Assembly: GCF_044704955.1 (NCBI RefSeq)
Contig: NC_091999.1
Span: 9,610,001 to 9,674,000 of the forward strand
From: Pristiophorus japonicus
Taxonomy: Eukaryota
Length of the DNA stretch: 64,000 nucleotides
Direction: 5' to 3'
Part shown: positions 12,874-26,065 of the stretch, in pieces
Layout of the letters: every line of letters starts with the position of its first letter
How positions within the stretch are numbered: the first letter of the stretch is position 1
Position numbers and translations under genes: made by a program
The notes under the pieces: model-generated
Databases searched by the model: none
What the model saw: the letters and a program-made list of their open reading frames with translations, nothing else
What the model was told of the DNA's origin: nothing

Positions 12874-13748
12874 CACAGCATTGAGCCCTTTAGCAAAAAC
12901 TCCAGTCAGACTAACTTCAGCCCAATACTGCTCTTTCTGTCACTTATATTTGAATACTTGTAATCACCGGTTCTCATTATTATGAAACTATCTGCTCAAA
13001 CAATTTTCAATGACTGTTGAAATTATTAGGTAGATATATGACTATTTTTATTTATTTATTCTTTTTATAACCCAAGCATAACTCATTCCTTGTGCATTAT
13101 AAAGCTAAGGCTACCAATTATATATCAGTTCACCAGGATTCTCCGAATGTTCCCAAGTAGTTCTGAAAGTGGAACACTCTCAGTAAGGCCCTGGACTTTC
13201 AACTTGGATTATATTTTACGTATAGTGCAGGATTCACAACTTTCTAACTCAATCGGGTGGGATGCCAGCAATTGAGCACAACTAAGATTTCTGACACTTT
13301 TTTCTGCCAATTTCAGTCGCTTGGTTCATTAATGAAAGCTTAGGTTGTACTATTATAATCATGTGTCTTTATTGGCCTGTAGTTAACCTCAATAGATGGT
13401 AATTAGTTTCAAGATTATTGTACGCTGTACTATATATCGAAGGCTATAATGCTGGCAGTAATCCTGAATTATGATATACATGTTCCGATATCATGGTCAA
13501 TTTAGATAATCATTTTAAGTCAATAAGCTGCACAATGGCAGACAATTCACTGCACTGATCATCATCGTCACTCATAATACTTGAATTACTATATTCCTAC
13601 TCCAATAAAAGGCAGAATAAGTGTTCTAATGTTAAGGCTTAATTGTACATGTAGTGAAATGATTTGCTACATTGTAGGTAAGACAGAGAACACACACATA
13701 TATATATATAAGTAAATAGACAGTCTATCATTGTTAATGTATACCTAC

Positions 13749-13808
13749 TTGGTTCCACAGTTAACTTTGTCCCTTTTCCAAAGATAAGCTTGTTAATTCC
13801 ATCATACA
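13749..13808 (-). CDS. TRAJ: J15 (A) YDGINKLIFGKGTKLTVEP
   Basis: RSS CACAGTG-12-GCAAAAACT; donor GTAGGT. Confidence 0.92.
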
Positions 13809-14327
13809 CACAGTGTTGCGCCCTTTAGCAAAAACTCCCTTCAGACTAAGTTGGTACATTCCCACCCTTTTTGATATCATGTTTTAAAACTTGGTATCAC
13901 CTACTGCCAAAATGGTGATACTATCTGTAGAAACCGTTTTAAAATGTCCATTGTTTATTTTTAGCCCTCTATGATTTAAAACAATTATAATGTTTATCAC
14001 TCAAGCTTAACAATTTTTTTAATAATAAACTAATGTTACCATTTAAATATCAGTTCGCCAGAACTCCCCGAATGCTTCCCAAGTGGTTCTGAAAGTGGTA
14101 ACCTTCCTCAGTACTTCCATGGACTATCAACTTGCATTGCATGTTTTTGGTATGGAGTGGGGATCTATCTCACAACTTTATAAATCAAAGGACGGACTGT
14201 AGGCAACAGAGCAAAGTTTTGATTTCTGAATTTCCTTTCCATTTCATCCATATTTCAATGAATTTGTTGACATGATTCTCCTTTATGCTGTAACACATAA
14301 ACCAGTCATCCTTGGCTTCTCACTTAC

Positions 14328-14384
14328 TTGGTATAATATTGAGCCTGGTCCCAGACACAAACATTAGCTTATTAGCAATGTTCA
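14328..14384 (-). CDS. TRAJ: J16 (B) NIANKLMFVSGTRLNIIP (non-canonical FVxG; function doubtful)
   Basis: RSS CACAGCC-12-ACTGAAACC; donor GTAAGT. Confidence 0.75.
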
Positions 14385-14858
14385 CACAGCCTGATATGCT
14401 GATACTGAAACCATCCCCAGCCAGACATTCCCAGAAACTACATCACTTGTTATTTCTTAAATAACCCTCCGTTTTTTTGAGTTAAGTTTTGGTACATTTA
14501 TCTTTCCGTTTGAATTCATGATGGGCAAACAATGAACACCTTCCATTTCAAATACCATCTGCAGAGAATTACATCGAATTGGCAGCACTTAAACTGGCCT
14601 TTCGGCCCAAGTGGTCTGTGTTAGTATTTGTGCTCCACACAAGCCTCTTCCCTCCCTAGTCTTGCATTATTCTCGGATCAGATATTATACCTGTTTTATC
14701 ATATACCTACTCTAATAAGAAGTAGCATAACTGTTCCAATATTCAGGATTAATTGAACTTGTAAAGAAATGATTCAATACATTATAGGCAGTGCAGCGAA
14801 CATATATATATATATATGTAAGTAAATAGACAGTCTATAGTTATTAATGAATACCTAC

Positions 14859-14921
14859 TTGGTTTCACAGTTAACTTTGTCCCCTTTCCAAAGATAAGTT
14901 TGGTATTAGCTCCAGCATTCA
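14859..14921 (-). CDS. TRAJ: J17 (A) NAGANTKLIFGKGTKLTVKP
   Basis: RSS CACAGCA-12-GCAAAAACT; donor GTAGGT. Confidence 0.92.
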
Positions 14922-15767
14922 CACAGCATTGCACCCTTTAGCAAAAACTCCCTTCAGACTAACTTTAGTACATTTCTGTTCTGAGTGGCAATTATATTTG
15001 GAAACTTGGCATCACTGAATCCCATTATTGTGAAACTATCTGTGCAAACCATTTTAAATGACCATTGATAATTATTAGGCATATATATGACTATTTGTAC
15101 TTATTCTGTTGATAACCTAAGTATTACTTATTCCTTCTGCATGAACAAGCTAAAGCCACCATTTATATATAAGTTCAACAGAACTCTCGAAATGCTTCTG
15201 AAAATTTGCTGGACTATCAACTTGCATTTCATGTAGGTATAGAGCGGGAACCCATCTCAAAACTTTGTAATTCAAAAGGGTGAGCTGACAGCAACTGAGC
15301 AAAGCTGGGATTTCTGACATCTTTCTCTCCCAATTTCAGTCGGTTGGTTCAATATAAAAGCTTAGGTTATTCTCTCACAGTCATGTGTCTTTATTTTCCT
15401 GTAGCTAACTTCAATATTTGGTAATTAGATTCAAGATGATTGTAATCATTATAGTCTTTTATATTAAAGACTGTAATGCTAGCAGTAATCCTGAGTTATG
15501 ATATACATACTCCAATATCATGTTAAATTTTGATAGTCATTTTAAGTTAAGCTGCACAATGGCAGACAATGCACTGCACTGATCATCATCGTCACTTATA
15601 ATAGCTAAATTATAATATCCCTACTCCAAACGAAGCAGAATATATCTTCCAATGTTCAGGATTAATTGGACACGTGGAAAAATGATTTGATGCATTGTCG
15701 GCAGTGCAGAGAACAAATATATTTAGGGAAGTAAATAGACAGTCTACAGTTATTAATGAATACCTAC

Positions 15768-15830
15768 TCGGGTCCACAGTTAACTTTGTCCCTTGTCCAA
15801 AGATAAGCTTGTTGAAACCTGCATCATTCA
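15768..15830 (-). CDS. TRAJ: J18 (A) NDAGFNKLIFGQGTKLTVDP
   Basis: RSS CACAGCG-12-GCAAAAACT; donor GTAGGT. Confidence 0.92.
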
Positions 15831-16347
15831 CACAGCGTTGCGCCCTTTAGCAAAAACTCCCTTCAGACTAAGTGGTACATTTCTGCCTTTTGACATCTAT
15901 GTTTGAATATTTGGTATCACCTACTGACATAATTGTGATACTTTCTGTAGAAACCGTTTTCAATGCCCATTGTTAATTATTAGGATTATATGATTTTAGA
16001 AACTTATAATGTTTATCACTGAAGTGTAACACTTTTTTCATTAAAACGCTCAGGCTACCATTTATATATCAGTTCAGCAGAACTTTCCAAATGCTTCCCA
16101 AGTAGTTCTGAACGTGGTAACCTCCCTCAGTACTTCTATGGACTAACAACTTGCATTGCATGTTTTCGGTATGGATTGGGGATCTATCTCACAATTTTAT
16201 AAATCAAAGGACGGGCTGAAGGCAACAGAGCAATGTTATGATTTCCGACACTTTTCTCCATTTCATCCATATTTCAATTAACTTGTTGACATGATTCTCC
16301 TTTATGCTCTAACACGTAACACAATCCCCCTTAAACATCTCACTTAC

Positions 16348-16404
16348 TTGCTTTAATATTAAGCCTGATCCCAGATCCGAAGATCACCTTATTAGCACCA
16401 TTCA
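16348..16404 (-). CDS. TRAJ: J19 (B) NGANKVIFGSGIRLNIKA
   Basis: RSS CACAGCC-12-TCTAAAACC; donor GTAAGT. Confidence 0.85.
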
Positions 16405-17124
16405 CACAGCCTGATATGTTCATTCTAAAACCATCCCGAGCCAAACATTCCCAGACATGACATCACTTGCTATTGCTTAAATAACCCTCCGTTTCTTTGA
16501 GTAAAGTTTTGGAACATTTATCTTTCCCTTTGAATTCATGATGGGCAAACAATTAATATTTTCCATTCCAAATAACTTCTGTAGAAAATTACGTCGAATT
16601 GGCAGCACTTAAACTGGCCTCTCGGCTCAACTGCTCTGTGCCAGGGTTCATGTTCCACACAAGCCTTCGCGCTCCCGACTTTATCTAACCTTCTCTCCAT
16701 ATGCCTCTAATCCTTTCTCCCTCTTGTGCTTATCTTAAATACATCTATGCTATTCCCATCATGTACTCCATGTAGTAGCGAGTTCCCCTTTCTAAAAGAG
16801 TTTTGGGTAAATAAACTTCTCATTAATTCTTTATTGCTTTTATTAGCAATTATCTCATAGTGATGGCTCCTACTTTTGGTCCGCCCAGCGAGTGGAAAGA
16901 TCTTCTTTACGTCTTCCCTATGAAACCACTTCATACTGTTAATGACCTCTATAAGTTCACCCCTCTGTCCTCTCTTTACTAGAGAAATGAACCCCAGCGT
17001 TGTTGAGTCTTTGCTGATAGTTATTATTTACCTTTAAGTGTAACGAACTGATGATACTAATTAGCAAATCAATGTTTTGACTATCATCATCCTAATAAAA
17101 AATACAGAATTAAGCTTTACTTAC

Positions 17125-17180
17125 TGGCCTGCACCATTAGTCTGGCCCAAATCCAAATGTTAGCTTATCGAAATTCTGCA
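17125..17180 (-). pseudogene. TRAJ: J20 (C) frameshifted: QNFDKLTFGFGPD*
   Basis: 56 nt versus 57 nt in paralog J24; a 1-bp deletion after FG gives TAA; RSS CACAGCA-12-GAATAAACC. Confidence 0.85.
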
Positions 17181-17499
17181 CACAGCATTGCATGCCAGTG
17201 AATAAACCCTTTACCCGATTCCAAGCATCAGACTATGTACTAAATCAACTGTATGTTATATTTCTGCATTATCAATGTTCCAGGTTAAAATATTGACAAG
17301 TGCATAACCTTGCATTAATCCCACATCAGGTATATCTGAATCATCATAATCCTACTCCAATAAGAAGCGGATTAATTGTTCAAATATTCAGGATTAATTG
17401 AACATGTAAAGAAATTATTCGATACATTGTAGGCAGTGCAGAGAACATACACATATATGTAAATAAATAAACTGTCTATAGTTATTAATGAATACCTAC

Positions 17500-17562
17500 T
17501 TGGTTCCACAGTTAACCTTGTCCCCTTTCCAAAGATAAGCTTCGTGTTAGCTGCAACATTCA
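17500..17562 (-). CDS. TRAJ: J21 (A) NVAANTKLIFGKGTRLTVEP
   Basis: RSS CACAGCA-12-CCAAAAACT; donor GTAGGT. Confidence 0.9.
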
Positions 17563-18405
17563 CACAGCATTGCGCCCTTTACCAAAAACTCACTTCAGAC
17601 TAATTTTAATACATTGCTGTTCTGAATGGCAGTTATGTTTATACAATTGGCATCACTGAATCCCATTATTGTGAAACTATCTGTGCAAACCATTTTAAGT
17701 GACCATTGATAATTATTGTGCACATATATGACTATTTTTTATTTAGTCTGTTGATAACCCAAGTATTACCTATTCCTTCTGCATTAAAAAGCTAAGGCTA
17801 CTATTTATATATCAGTTCAACAGAACTCTCCAAATGCTTCTGAAATTTCGCTGGACTATCAACATGCATTTCATGTAGGTAGAGAGCGGGAACCCATCTC
17901 ACAACTTTGTAACTCAATAGGATGAGCTGACAGCAACTGAGAAAAGCTGGGATTTCTGAAGACTTTCTCTCCTAATTTCAGTCGGCTGGTTAACTTTAAA
18001 TGCTTAGGTTATTCTATCACAATCATGTGTCTTTATTTTCCTGTAGCTAATTTCAATATTTGATAATTCGATTCAAGATGATTTTAAGCATTATAGTCTT
18101 TTATATTAAAGACTGTAATGCTAGCAATAATCCTGAGTTATGATATACATACTCCAATATCATGTTCAATTTTGATAGTCATTTTAAGTTAAGCTGCACA
18201 ATGGCAGACAATGCACTGCACTGATCATCATCGTCACTTATAATAGCTAAATTATAATATCCCTACTCCAAACGAAGCAGAATAAATGTTCCAATATTCA
18301 GGATTAATTGTACATGTAGCAAAATGATTTGATGCACTGTAGGTAGTTCAGAGAGCACATATAGGTAAGTAAATAGACAGTCTGTCATTGTTATTGAATA
18401 CATAC

Positions 18406-18465
18406 TTGGGTCCACAGTTAACTTTGTCCCTTTTCCAAAGATAAGCTTGAAACCTCCAGCATTCA
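18406..18465 (-). CDS. TRAJ: J22 (A) NAGGFKLIFGKGTKLTVDP
   Basis: RSS CACAGCG-12-GCAGAAACT; donor GTATGT. Confidence 0.9.
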
Positions 18466-18947
18466 CACAGCGTTGCACCCTTTAGCAGAAACTCCCTTCA
18501 GACTAAGTTGGTACCTTTCTGCCCTTTTTGATATCTATGTTTGAATGCTTGGTATCACCTACTGTCATAATTGTAATATTATCTGTGGAAACCGTTTTCA
18601 AATTTCCATTGATAATTATTAGGAATATATGATTTAAAAAATGATAATATTTATCATTAAAAAGCTACGACTACCATTTATATATCAGTTCACCAGAACT
18701 CTCCGAATTCTTCCCAACTAATTCCCTCAGTACTTCCTTGGATTATCAACTTGCATTGAATGTTTTTGGTATGGAGTGGGGAAATATCTCACAATTTTAT
18801 AAATCAAAGGACGGGCTGAAGGCAACAGAGCAATATTATGATTTCTGATATTCTTTTCCATTTCATCCATATTTCAATGAATTTGTTGACATGATTCTCC
18901 TTTATGCTCTAACACATAACTCAGTCATCCTTAAATATCTCACTTAC

Positions 18948-19004
18948 TTGGTATAATATTGAGCTTGGTCCCAGATGCAAAGATCAGCTCATTAGCAACA
19001 TTCA
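18948..19004 (-). CDS. TRAJ: J23 (B) NVANELIFASGTKLNIIP (FAxG)
   Basis: RSS CACAGCC-12-ACTAAAACC; donor GTAAGT. Confidence 0.85.
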
Positions 19005-19490
19005 CACAGCCTGATATGTTCATACTAAAACCATCCCCGGCCAGACATTCCCAGACATTACATCACTTGTTATTTCTTAAATAACCCTCCTTTTTTTGCT
19101 AGGTTTTGGAACTTTTATCTTTCCCTTTGAATTCATGATGGGCAAACAATTAATATCTTCCAATCCAAATATCTTCTGCAGAGAATTACATCGAAGTGGC
19201 AGCACTTAAACTGGCCTTTCGGCCCACTGCTCTGTGCCAGGGTTCATGCTCCACACAAGCATTCTCCCTCCCTACTTTATCTAGCCTTCTCTATATATCC
19301 TTCTAATCCTTTCTCCCTCTTGCGCTAAAATAAATGCATCTTTGCAATTCCCATCAAGTATTACATGTAGAGCGAGTTCCACATTGTAAAAAATCTCTGG
19401 GTAAATAAACTTCTCATTAATTCTTTATTGGATTTATTTGTGAGTATCTCAAAGTGATGACTCCTAGTTTTGGTCTGCCAACGAGTGGAA

Positions 19491-19864
19491 AAATTATGAG
19501 GGGGCTTGACAAGGTGGATGCAGAGAGGATGTTTCCTCTGATAGGGGAGACGAGAACTAGGGGACATGATCTTAGAATAAGAGGCCATCCATTTAAAACT
19601 GGGATGAGGAGGAATTTCTTCTCTCAGAGGGTTGTGAATCTGTGGAATTCACTGCCTCAGAGAGCTGTGGAAGCTGGGACATTGAATAATTTTAAGACAG
19701 GAATAGTTTCTTAACCGATAAGGCAATAAGGGGTTATGGGGAGCGGGCAGGGAAGTGGACCTGAATCCATGATCGGATCAGCCATGATCCTACTAAATGG
19801 CGGAGCAGGATTGAGGGGCCGTATAGCCTACTCCTGCTCCTAGTTCTTATGTTCTTATATTCTT
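19491..19864 (+). mobile_element. CR1 LINE 3' fragment nested in an older decayed repeat (copy 1)
   Basis: KIMRGLDKVDAERMFP...FSQRVVNLWNSLP followed by a TTCTTATG-type tail; the site is empty near 16898. Confidence 0.88.
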
Positions 19865-20081
19865 ATCTTATCTACGTCTTCCCTATCAAACCACTGTTAA
19901 TGACCTCTATAAGTTCACCCCTCTGTCTTCTCTTTACTAGGGAAATGATCCCCGCGTTGCTGAGTCTTTGCTGATAGTTATTATTTACCTTTAAGTGTAA
20001 CGAACTGATGATACTAATTAACAAGTCAATGTTTTGACTATCATCATCCAAATAAAAAATACAGAATTAAGCTTTACTTAC

Positions 20082-20138
20082 TGGCCTGCACCATTAGTCT
20101 GGTCCCTGATCCAAATGTTAGCTTATCGAAATTCTGCA
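20082..20138 (-). CDS. TRAJ: J24 (C) QNFDKLTFGSGTRLMVQA
   Basis: RSS CACAGCA-12-GCATAAACC; donor GTAAGT. Confidence 0.9.
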
Positions 20139-20458
20139 CACAGCATTGCATGCCAGTGCATAAACCCTTTACCCGATTTCAAGCATATAGACTATGTACT
20201 AAATCAACTGTATGTTATATTTATGCATTATCAATGTTCCAGGTTAAAATATTGAAAAGTGCATAACCTTGCATTAATCCCACATCAGGTATATCTGAAT
20301 CATCATATCCCGACTCTAATAAGAAGTGGCATAATTGTTCAAATATTCAGGATTAATTGAACATGTAAAGAAATGATTCGATACATTGTCGGCAGTGCAG
20401 AGAACATACACATATATGTAAATAAATAAACTGTCTATAGTTATTAATGAATACCTAC

Positions 20459-20521
20459 TTGGTTCCACAGTTAACCTTGTCCCCTTTCCAAAGTTAAGCT
20501 TCGTGTTAGCTGCAACATTCA
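20459..20521 (-). CDS. TRAJ: J25 (A) NVAANTKLNFGKGTRLTVEP
   Basis: RSS CACAGCA-12-CCAAAATCT (weak nonamer); donor GTAGGT. Confidence 0.85.
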
Positions 20522-21368
20522 CACAGCATTGCGCCCTTTACCAAAATCTCCCTTCAGACTAATTTTAATTCATTGCTGTTCTGAATGGCAGTTATATTTA
20601 TACAATTGGCATCACTGAATCCCATTATTGTGAAACTATCTGTGGAAACCATTTTAAGTGACCATTGATAATTATTGTGCACATATATGTGACTATTTTT
20701 TATTTATTCTGTTGATAACCCAAGTATTACCTATTCCTTCTGCATTAAAAAGTAAAGCTACCAGTTATATATCAGTTCAACAGAACTCTGCAAATGCTTC
20801 TGAAATTTCGCTAGACTATCAACATGCATTTACGTAGGTATAGAGTGGGAACCCATCTCACAACTTTGTAACTCAATAGGATGAGCTGACAGCAACTGAG
20901 CAAAGCTGGGATTTCTGATGTCTTTCTCTCCCAATTTCAGTCGGTTGGTTCACTATAAAAGCTTAGGTTATTCTCTCACAGTCATGTGTCTTTATTTTCC
21001 TGTAGCTAACTTCAATATTTGCTAATTAGATTCAAGATGATTGTAAACATTATATTCTTTTATATTAAAGACTGTAATGCTAGCAATAATCCTGAGTTAT
21101 GATATACATACTCCAATACCATGTTCAATTTTGATAGTCTTTTTAAGTTAAGCTGCACAATGGCAGACAATGCACTGCACTGATCATCATCGTCACTTAT
21201 AATAGCTAAATTATAATATCCCTACTCCAAACCAAGCAGAATATATCTTGCAATATTCAAGATTAATTGTACATGTAGCGAAATGATTTGATGCATTGTA
21301 GGTAGTTCAGAGAACACACACATATAGGTAAGTAAATAGACAGTCTATAGTTATTAATGAATACCTAC

Positions 21369-21431
21369 TTGGTTCCACCGTTAACTTAGTCCCTTTTCCA
21401 AAGATAAGCTTGTTGATGCTTCCAGTATTCA
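21369..21431 (-). CDS. TRAJ: J26 (A) NTGSINKLIFGKGTKLTVEP
   Basis: RSS CACAGCG-12-GCAAAAACT; donor GTAGGT. Confidence 0.92.
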
Positions 21432-21934
21432 CACAGCGTTGCGCCCTTTGGCAAAAACTCCCTTCAGACTAAGTTGGTACCTTTCTGCCCTTTTTGACAT
21501 CTATATTTGAATACTTGGTATCAGTAGTGCCATAATTGTAATACTATTTTGGAAACCGTTTTCAAATTTCCATTGTTAATTATTAGTATGATATGATTTT
21601 AAAAAATGATAATATTTATCACTCAGGTGTAACACTTTTTGCATTAAAAAGCTAAGACTCCCATTTATATATCAATTCACCAGAACTCTCCGAATTCTTC
21701 CCAAATAGTTCCCTCAGTAATTCCTTGGATTATCAACTTGCATTGCATGTTTTTGGTATGGAGTGGGAAAATATCTCACAATTTTATAAATCAAAGGACG
21801 GGCTGAAGGCAACAGAGCAATGTTATGATTTCTGACATTCTTTTCTATTTCATCCATATTTCAATGAATTTGTTGACATGATTCTCCTTTATGCTCTAAC
21901 ACATAACTCAGTCATCCTTAAATATCTCACTTAC

Positions 21935-21991
21935 TTGGTATAATATTGAGCTTGGTCCCAGATGCAAAGATCAGCTTATTAGCAACATTCA
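21935..21991 (-). CDS. TRAJ: J27 (B) NVANKLIFASGTKLNIIP (FAxG)
   Basis: RSS CACAGCC-12-ACTAAAACC; donor GTAAGT. Confidence 0.85.
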
Positions 21992-22480
21992 CACAGCCTG
22001 ATATGTTCATACTAAAACCACCCCCGGCCAGACATTCCCAGACATTATCTCACTTGTTATTTCTTAAATAACCCTCCTTTTTTTGTTAGGTTTTGGAACT
22101 TTTATCTTTCCCTTTGAATTCATGATGGGCAAACAATTAATATCTTCCATTCCAAATACCTTCTGCAGAAAATTACATCGAAGTGGCAGCACTTAAACTG
22201 GCCTTTCGGCCCACTGCTCTGTGCCAGGGTTCATGCTCCACACAAGCATCCTCCCTCCCTACTTTATCTAACCTTCTCTATATATCCTTCTAATCCTTTC
22301 TCCCTCTTGAGCTTATCTTAACTGCATCTATGCAATTCCCATCAAGTATTACATGTAGAGCGAGTTCCACATTGTAAAAAATCTCTGGGTAAATAAACTT
22401 CTCATTAATTCTTTATTGGACTTATTTGTGACTATCTCAAAGTGATGACTCCTAGTTTTGGTCTGCCCAACGAGTGGAAA

Positions 22481-22853
22481 AATTATGAGGGGGCTTGACA
22501 AGGTGGATGCAGAGAGGACGTTTCCACTGATAGGGGAGACTAGAACTAGGGGGCATAATCTTAGAATAAGGGGCCATCCATTTAAAACTGGGATGAGGAG
22601 GAATTTCCTCTCTCAGAGGGTTGTGAATCTGTGGAATTCACTGCCTCAGAGAGCTGTGGAAGCTGGGACATTGAATACATTTAAGACAGGGATAGTTTCT
22701 TAACCGATAAGGCAATAAGGGGTTATGGGGAGCGGGCAGGGAAGTGGACCTGAATCCATGATCGGATCAGCCATGATCCTACTAAATGGCGGAGCAGGCT
22801 CGAGGGGCCGTATAGCCTACTCCTGCTCCTAGTTCTTATGTTCTTATATTCTT
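22481..22853 (+). mobile_element. CR1 LINE 3' fragment (copy 2, duplicated with its cassette)
   Basis: Same breakpoints as 19491-19864 and near-identical sequence. Confidence 0.88.
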
Positions 22854-23078
22854 ATCTTATCTACGTCTTCTTTATCAAACCATTTCATACTGTTAATGAC
22901 CTCTATAAGGTCACCCCTCTGTCTTCTCTTTGCTAGGGAAATTATCCCCAGCGTTGTTGAGTCCTTGCTGATATTTATTATTTAACTTTAAGTGTAAAGA
23001 GCTGAGGATACCTATTAACAAATCAATGTTTTGACTATCATCATCCAAATAAAAAATACAGAATTAAGCTTTACTTAC

Positions 23079-23135
23079 TGGCCTGCACCATTAGTCTGGT
23101 CCCTGATCCAAATGTTAGCTTATCGTAATTCTTCA
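23079..23135 (-). CDS. TRAJ: J28 (C) KNYDKLTFGSGTRLMVQA
   Basis: RSS CACAGCA-12-GCATAAACC; donor GTAAGT. Confidence 0.9.
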
Positions 23136-23459
23136 CACAGCATTACAGACCAGTGCATAAACCCTTTACCTGATTCCAAGCATACAGATTATGCACTAAA
23201 TCACACTGTATGTTATATTTATGCATCATATTTGTGCCAGGTTAAAATATTAACAATTGCCTAATCTTGCATTATTCCCGCATGAGGCATGATACCGGAA
23301 TCATCATATCCATACTCCAATAAGTAGCGGGATAAATGTTCTAATATTCAGGATTAATTAAACATGTAAAGAAGTGATTCAATACGTTGTTGGCAGTGCA
23401 GAGAGCACACACCTATACGTAAATAAATAGACAGTCTATACTTATTAATGAATACCTAC

Positions 23460-23522
23460 TTGGTTCCACAGTTAATTTTGTCCCTTTTCCAAAGATAAGC
23501 TTCGTGTTACCTCCAGTATACA
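23460..23522 (-). CDS. TRAJ: J29 (A) YTGGNTKLIFGKGTKLTVEP
   Basis: RSS CACAGCA-12-GCAAAAACT; donor GTAGGT. Confidence 0.92.
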
Positions 23523-24373
23523 CACAGCATTGCGCCCTTTAGCAAAAACTCCCTTTAGACTAACTTTAATACATTGCTGTTCTGAGTGGCAGTTATGTTT
23601 GTATACTTGGCATCACTGAATCCCATTATTGTGAAACTATCTGTACAAACCAATTTAAATGACCATTCATAATTATTAGGCACATATATGTTTATTTTTT
23701 ATTTATGCTGTTGGCAACCAAAGTATTACTCATTCCTTCTGCATTAAAAAGCTAAGGCGACTATTTATATATCAGTTCAACAGAACTCTCCAAATGCTTC
23801 TGAAATTTCGCTGGACTATCAACTTGCATTTCATGTAGGTATAGAGCGGGAACCCATCTCACAACTTTGTGACTCAATAGGGTGAGCTGACAGCAACTGA
23901 GCAAAGCTGGGATTTCTGACATCGTTTTCTGCCATTATCAGTCGGTTGGTTCATTCATGAAAGCTTAGGTTGTTCTTTTACAATCATGTGTCTTTATTTT
24001 CCTGTAGTTAACTTCAATATATGGTAATTAGATTCAAGTTGATTGTTAGCATCATAGTCTTTTACATTAAGAACTTTAATGCTGGCAATAATCCTGAATT
24101 ATGATATACGTACTCCAATATCATGTTGAAGTTTGATAGTCATTTTAAGTTAATAAGGTGCGCAGTGGCAGATAATTCACTGCACGGATCATGATCGTCA
24201 TTCATAATACAAGAATTATGATACCCCTACTCCAAACAAAGCAGAATATATGTTCCAATATTTAGGATTAATTGCACACGTGGAAAAATGATTTGATACA
24301 TTTTAGGCAGTGCAGAGAACATATGCATATATGTAAGTAAACAGACAGTCTATCATTGTTAATGAATACCTAC

Positions 24374-24433
24374 TTAGTTCCACAGTTAACTTTGTCCCTT
24401 TTCCAAAGATAAGCTTGTTAATTCCATCATTCA
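24374..24433 (-). CDS. TRAJ: J30 (A) NDGINKLIFGKGTKLTVEL
   Basis: RSS CACAGCG-12-CCAAAAACT; donor GTAGGT. Confidence 0.88.
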
Positions 24434-24941
24434 CACAGCGTTGCGCCCTTTACCAAAAACTCCCTTCAGACTAAGTTGTCACTGTCTTCCCTTTTTGACA
24501 TTTATGTTTGAATACTTGGTATCGCCTTCTGCCGTAATTGTGATACTATCTGTAGAAATCTGTTTTCAAACGCCCGTTATTATTTGTTAGGCCCACATGA
24601 TTTTAGAAACGTATAATGTTTGTCACTCAAGCGTAACACTTTTTTCATTAAAAAGCTAAGGCTACCATTTATATATAGGTTCACCAGAACTCTCCGAATG
24701 CTTCCCAAGTGGTTCTGAAAGTGAAACCCTCCCTCAGTTCTTCCTTGGGCTATCAACTTGCATTACATGTTTTGGGTATGGAGTGGGGATCTATCTCACA
24801 ACTTTATAAATCAAGGGATGGGTTGAAGACAACAGAGCAATGTTATGATTTCTGACACTCTTCTCCATTTGATGCCTATTCCATTTAATTTGTTGACATG
24901 CTCCAACACGTAACACAGTCATCCTTAAACATCTCACTTAC

Positions 24942-24998
24942 TTGGTGTAACATGGAGTCTGGTCCCAGATCCGAAGATCGGTTTATCAGCAACATTCA
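24942..24998 (-). pseudogene. TRAJ: J31 (B) NVADKPIFGSGTRLHVTP, heptamer mutated
   Basis: Heptamer TACAGCC lacks the CAC needed for RAG cleavage; nonamer GCTAAAACC; donor GTAAGT. Confidence 0.78.
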
Positions 24999-25686
24999 TA
25001 CAGCCTGTTACGTTGATGCTAAAACCATCCTCAGCCAGACATTTCCAGATATTACATCACTTGTTTTCTTCAAGAACCCTGCTTTTTTTCGAGTTAAGTT
25101 TTGGAATTTTATCTTTCCCTTGGAATTTCTGACGTGCAAACAGCTAATATCTTTCATAGAATTGGCAGCACCGAAACTGGCCATTCGGCCCAACTGCTTG
25201 CTGTTCGTGTTTATGCTCTACATGAGCCTCCTCCCTCCCTACTTTATCTAACCATCTCTGCCTATCCTTCTAATGCTTTCTCCCTCATGTGCTTATCTTA
25301 AATGCTTTTATGCTATTCCCATCAAATACCTCATGTAGTAGCGAGTTCCACATTCTAACCGCTTTCTGGGCAAATAAATTCCTCTGAATTCTTTATGGGA
25401 TTTATTAGTGGCTATCTCATATTGGTGACCCATGGTTTTGGTCTCCCCAATTACTGGAAAAATCGTCTATACGTCATCCCTATGAAATAACCCTCATAGT
25501 GTTAATGACCTCTATAAGGTCACCCCTTTACCTTCTCTGGTCTAGAGTCCTGATCCCCAACCTGTTCAGTTTTTGCTGTTAGTGATTGTTTACCTTTAAG
25601 TTTACCAAATTGAAGACACTAATTAACAAAAGAATGTTTTGACTATAATCATCATAATAAAAAATACAGAATTAAACTTCACTTAC

Positions 25687-25743
25687 TGGGCTGCACCATT
25701 AGTTTGGTCCCCGATCCAAATGTTAGCTTATCGAGAGTATTCA
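25687..25743 (-). CDS. TRAJ: J32 (C) NTLDKLTFGSGTKLMVQP
   Basis: RSS CACAGCA-12-GCATAAACA; donor GTAAGT. Confidence 0.88.
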
Positions 25744-26065
25744 CACAGCATTACTGGCCAGTGCATAAACACTTTACCTTATGCCAAGCATATAGACTAT
25801 GTACCAGTCAACTGTATGTTATATTTACGCATTATCAATATTCCAGGTTAAAATATTAACAAGTGCCTAATCTTGCATTATTCCCATATCAGGTATGAAA
25901 CTTGTATTATCATATCCCTACTCCAATAAGAAGCAGCATAATTGTTCCAAAATTCAGGATTAACTGAACATAGAGATAAATGATTTGATACATTGTAGGC
26001 AGTGCAGAGAACACACACATATATGTAAGTAAATATACATTCCATAGTCATTAATGAACACCTAC

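Noticed and set aside
20034-25851. + strand ORFs MTIIIQIKNTELSFTYW...
   Set aside because: Antisense shadows of C-type J segments with TTG starts; no independent coding signal.
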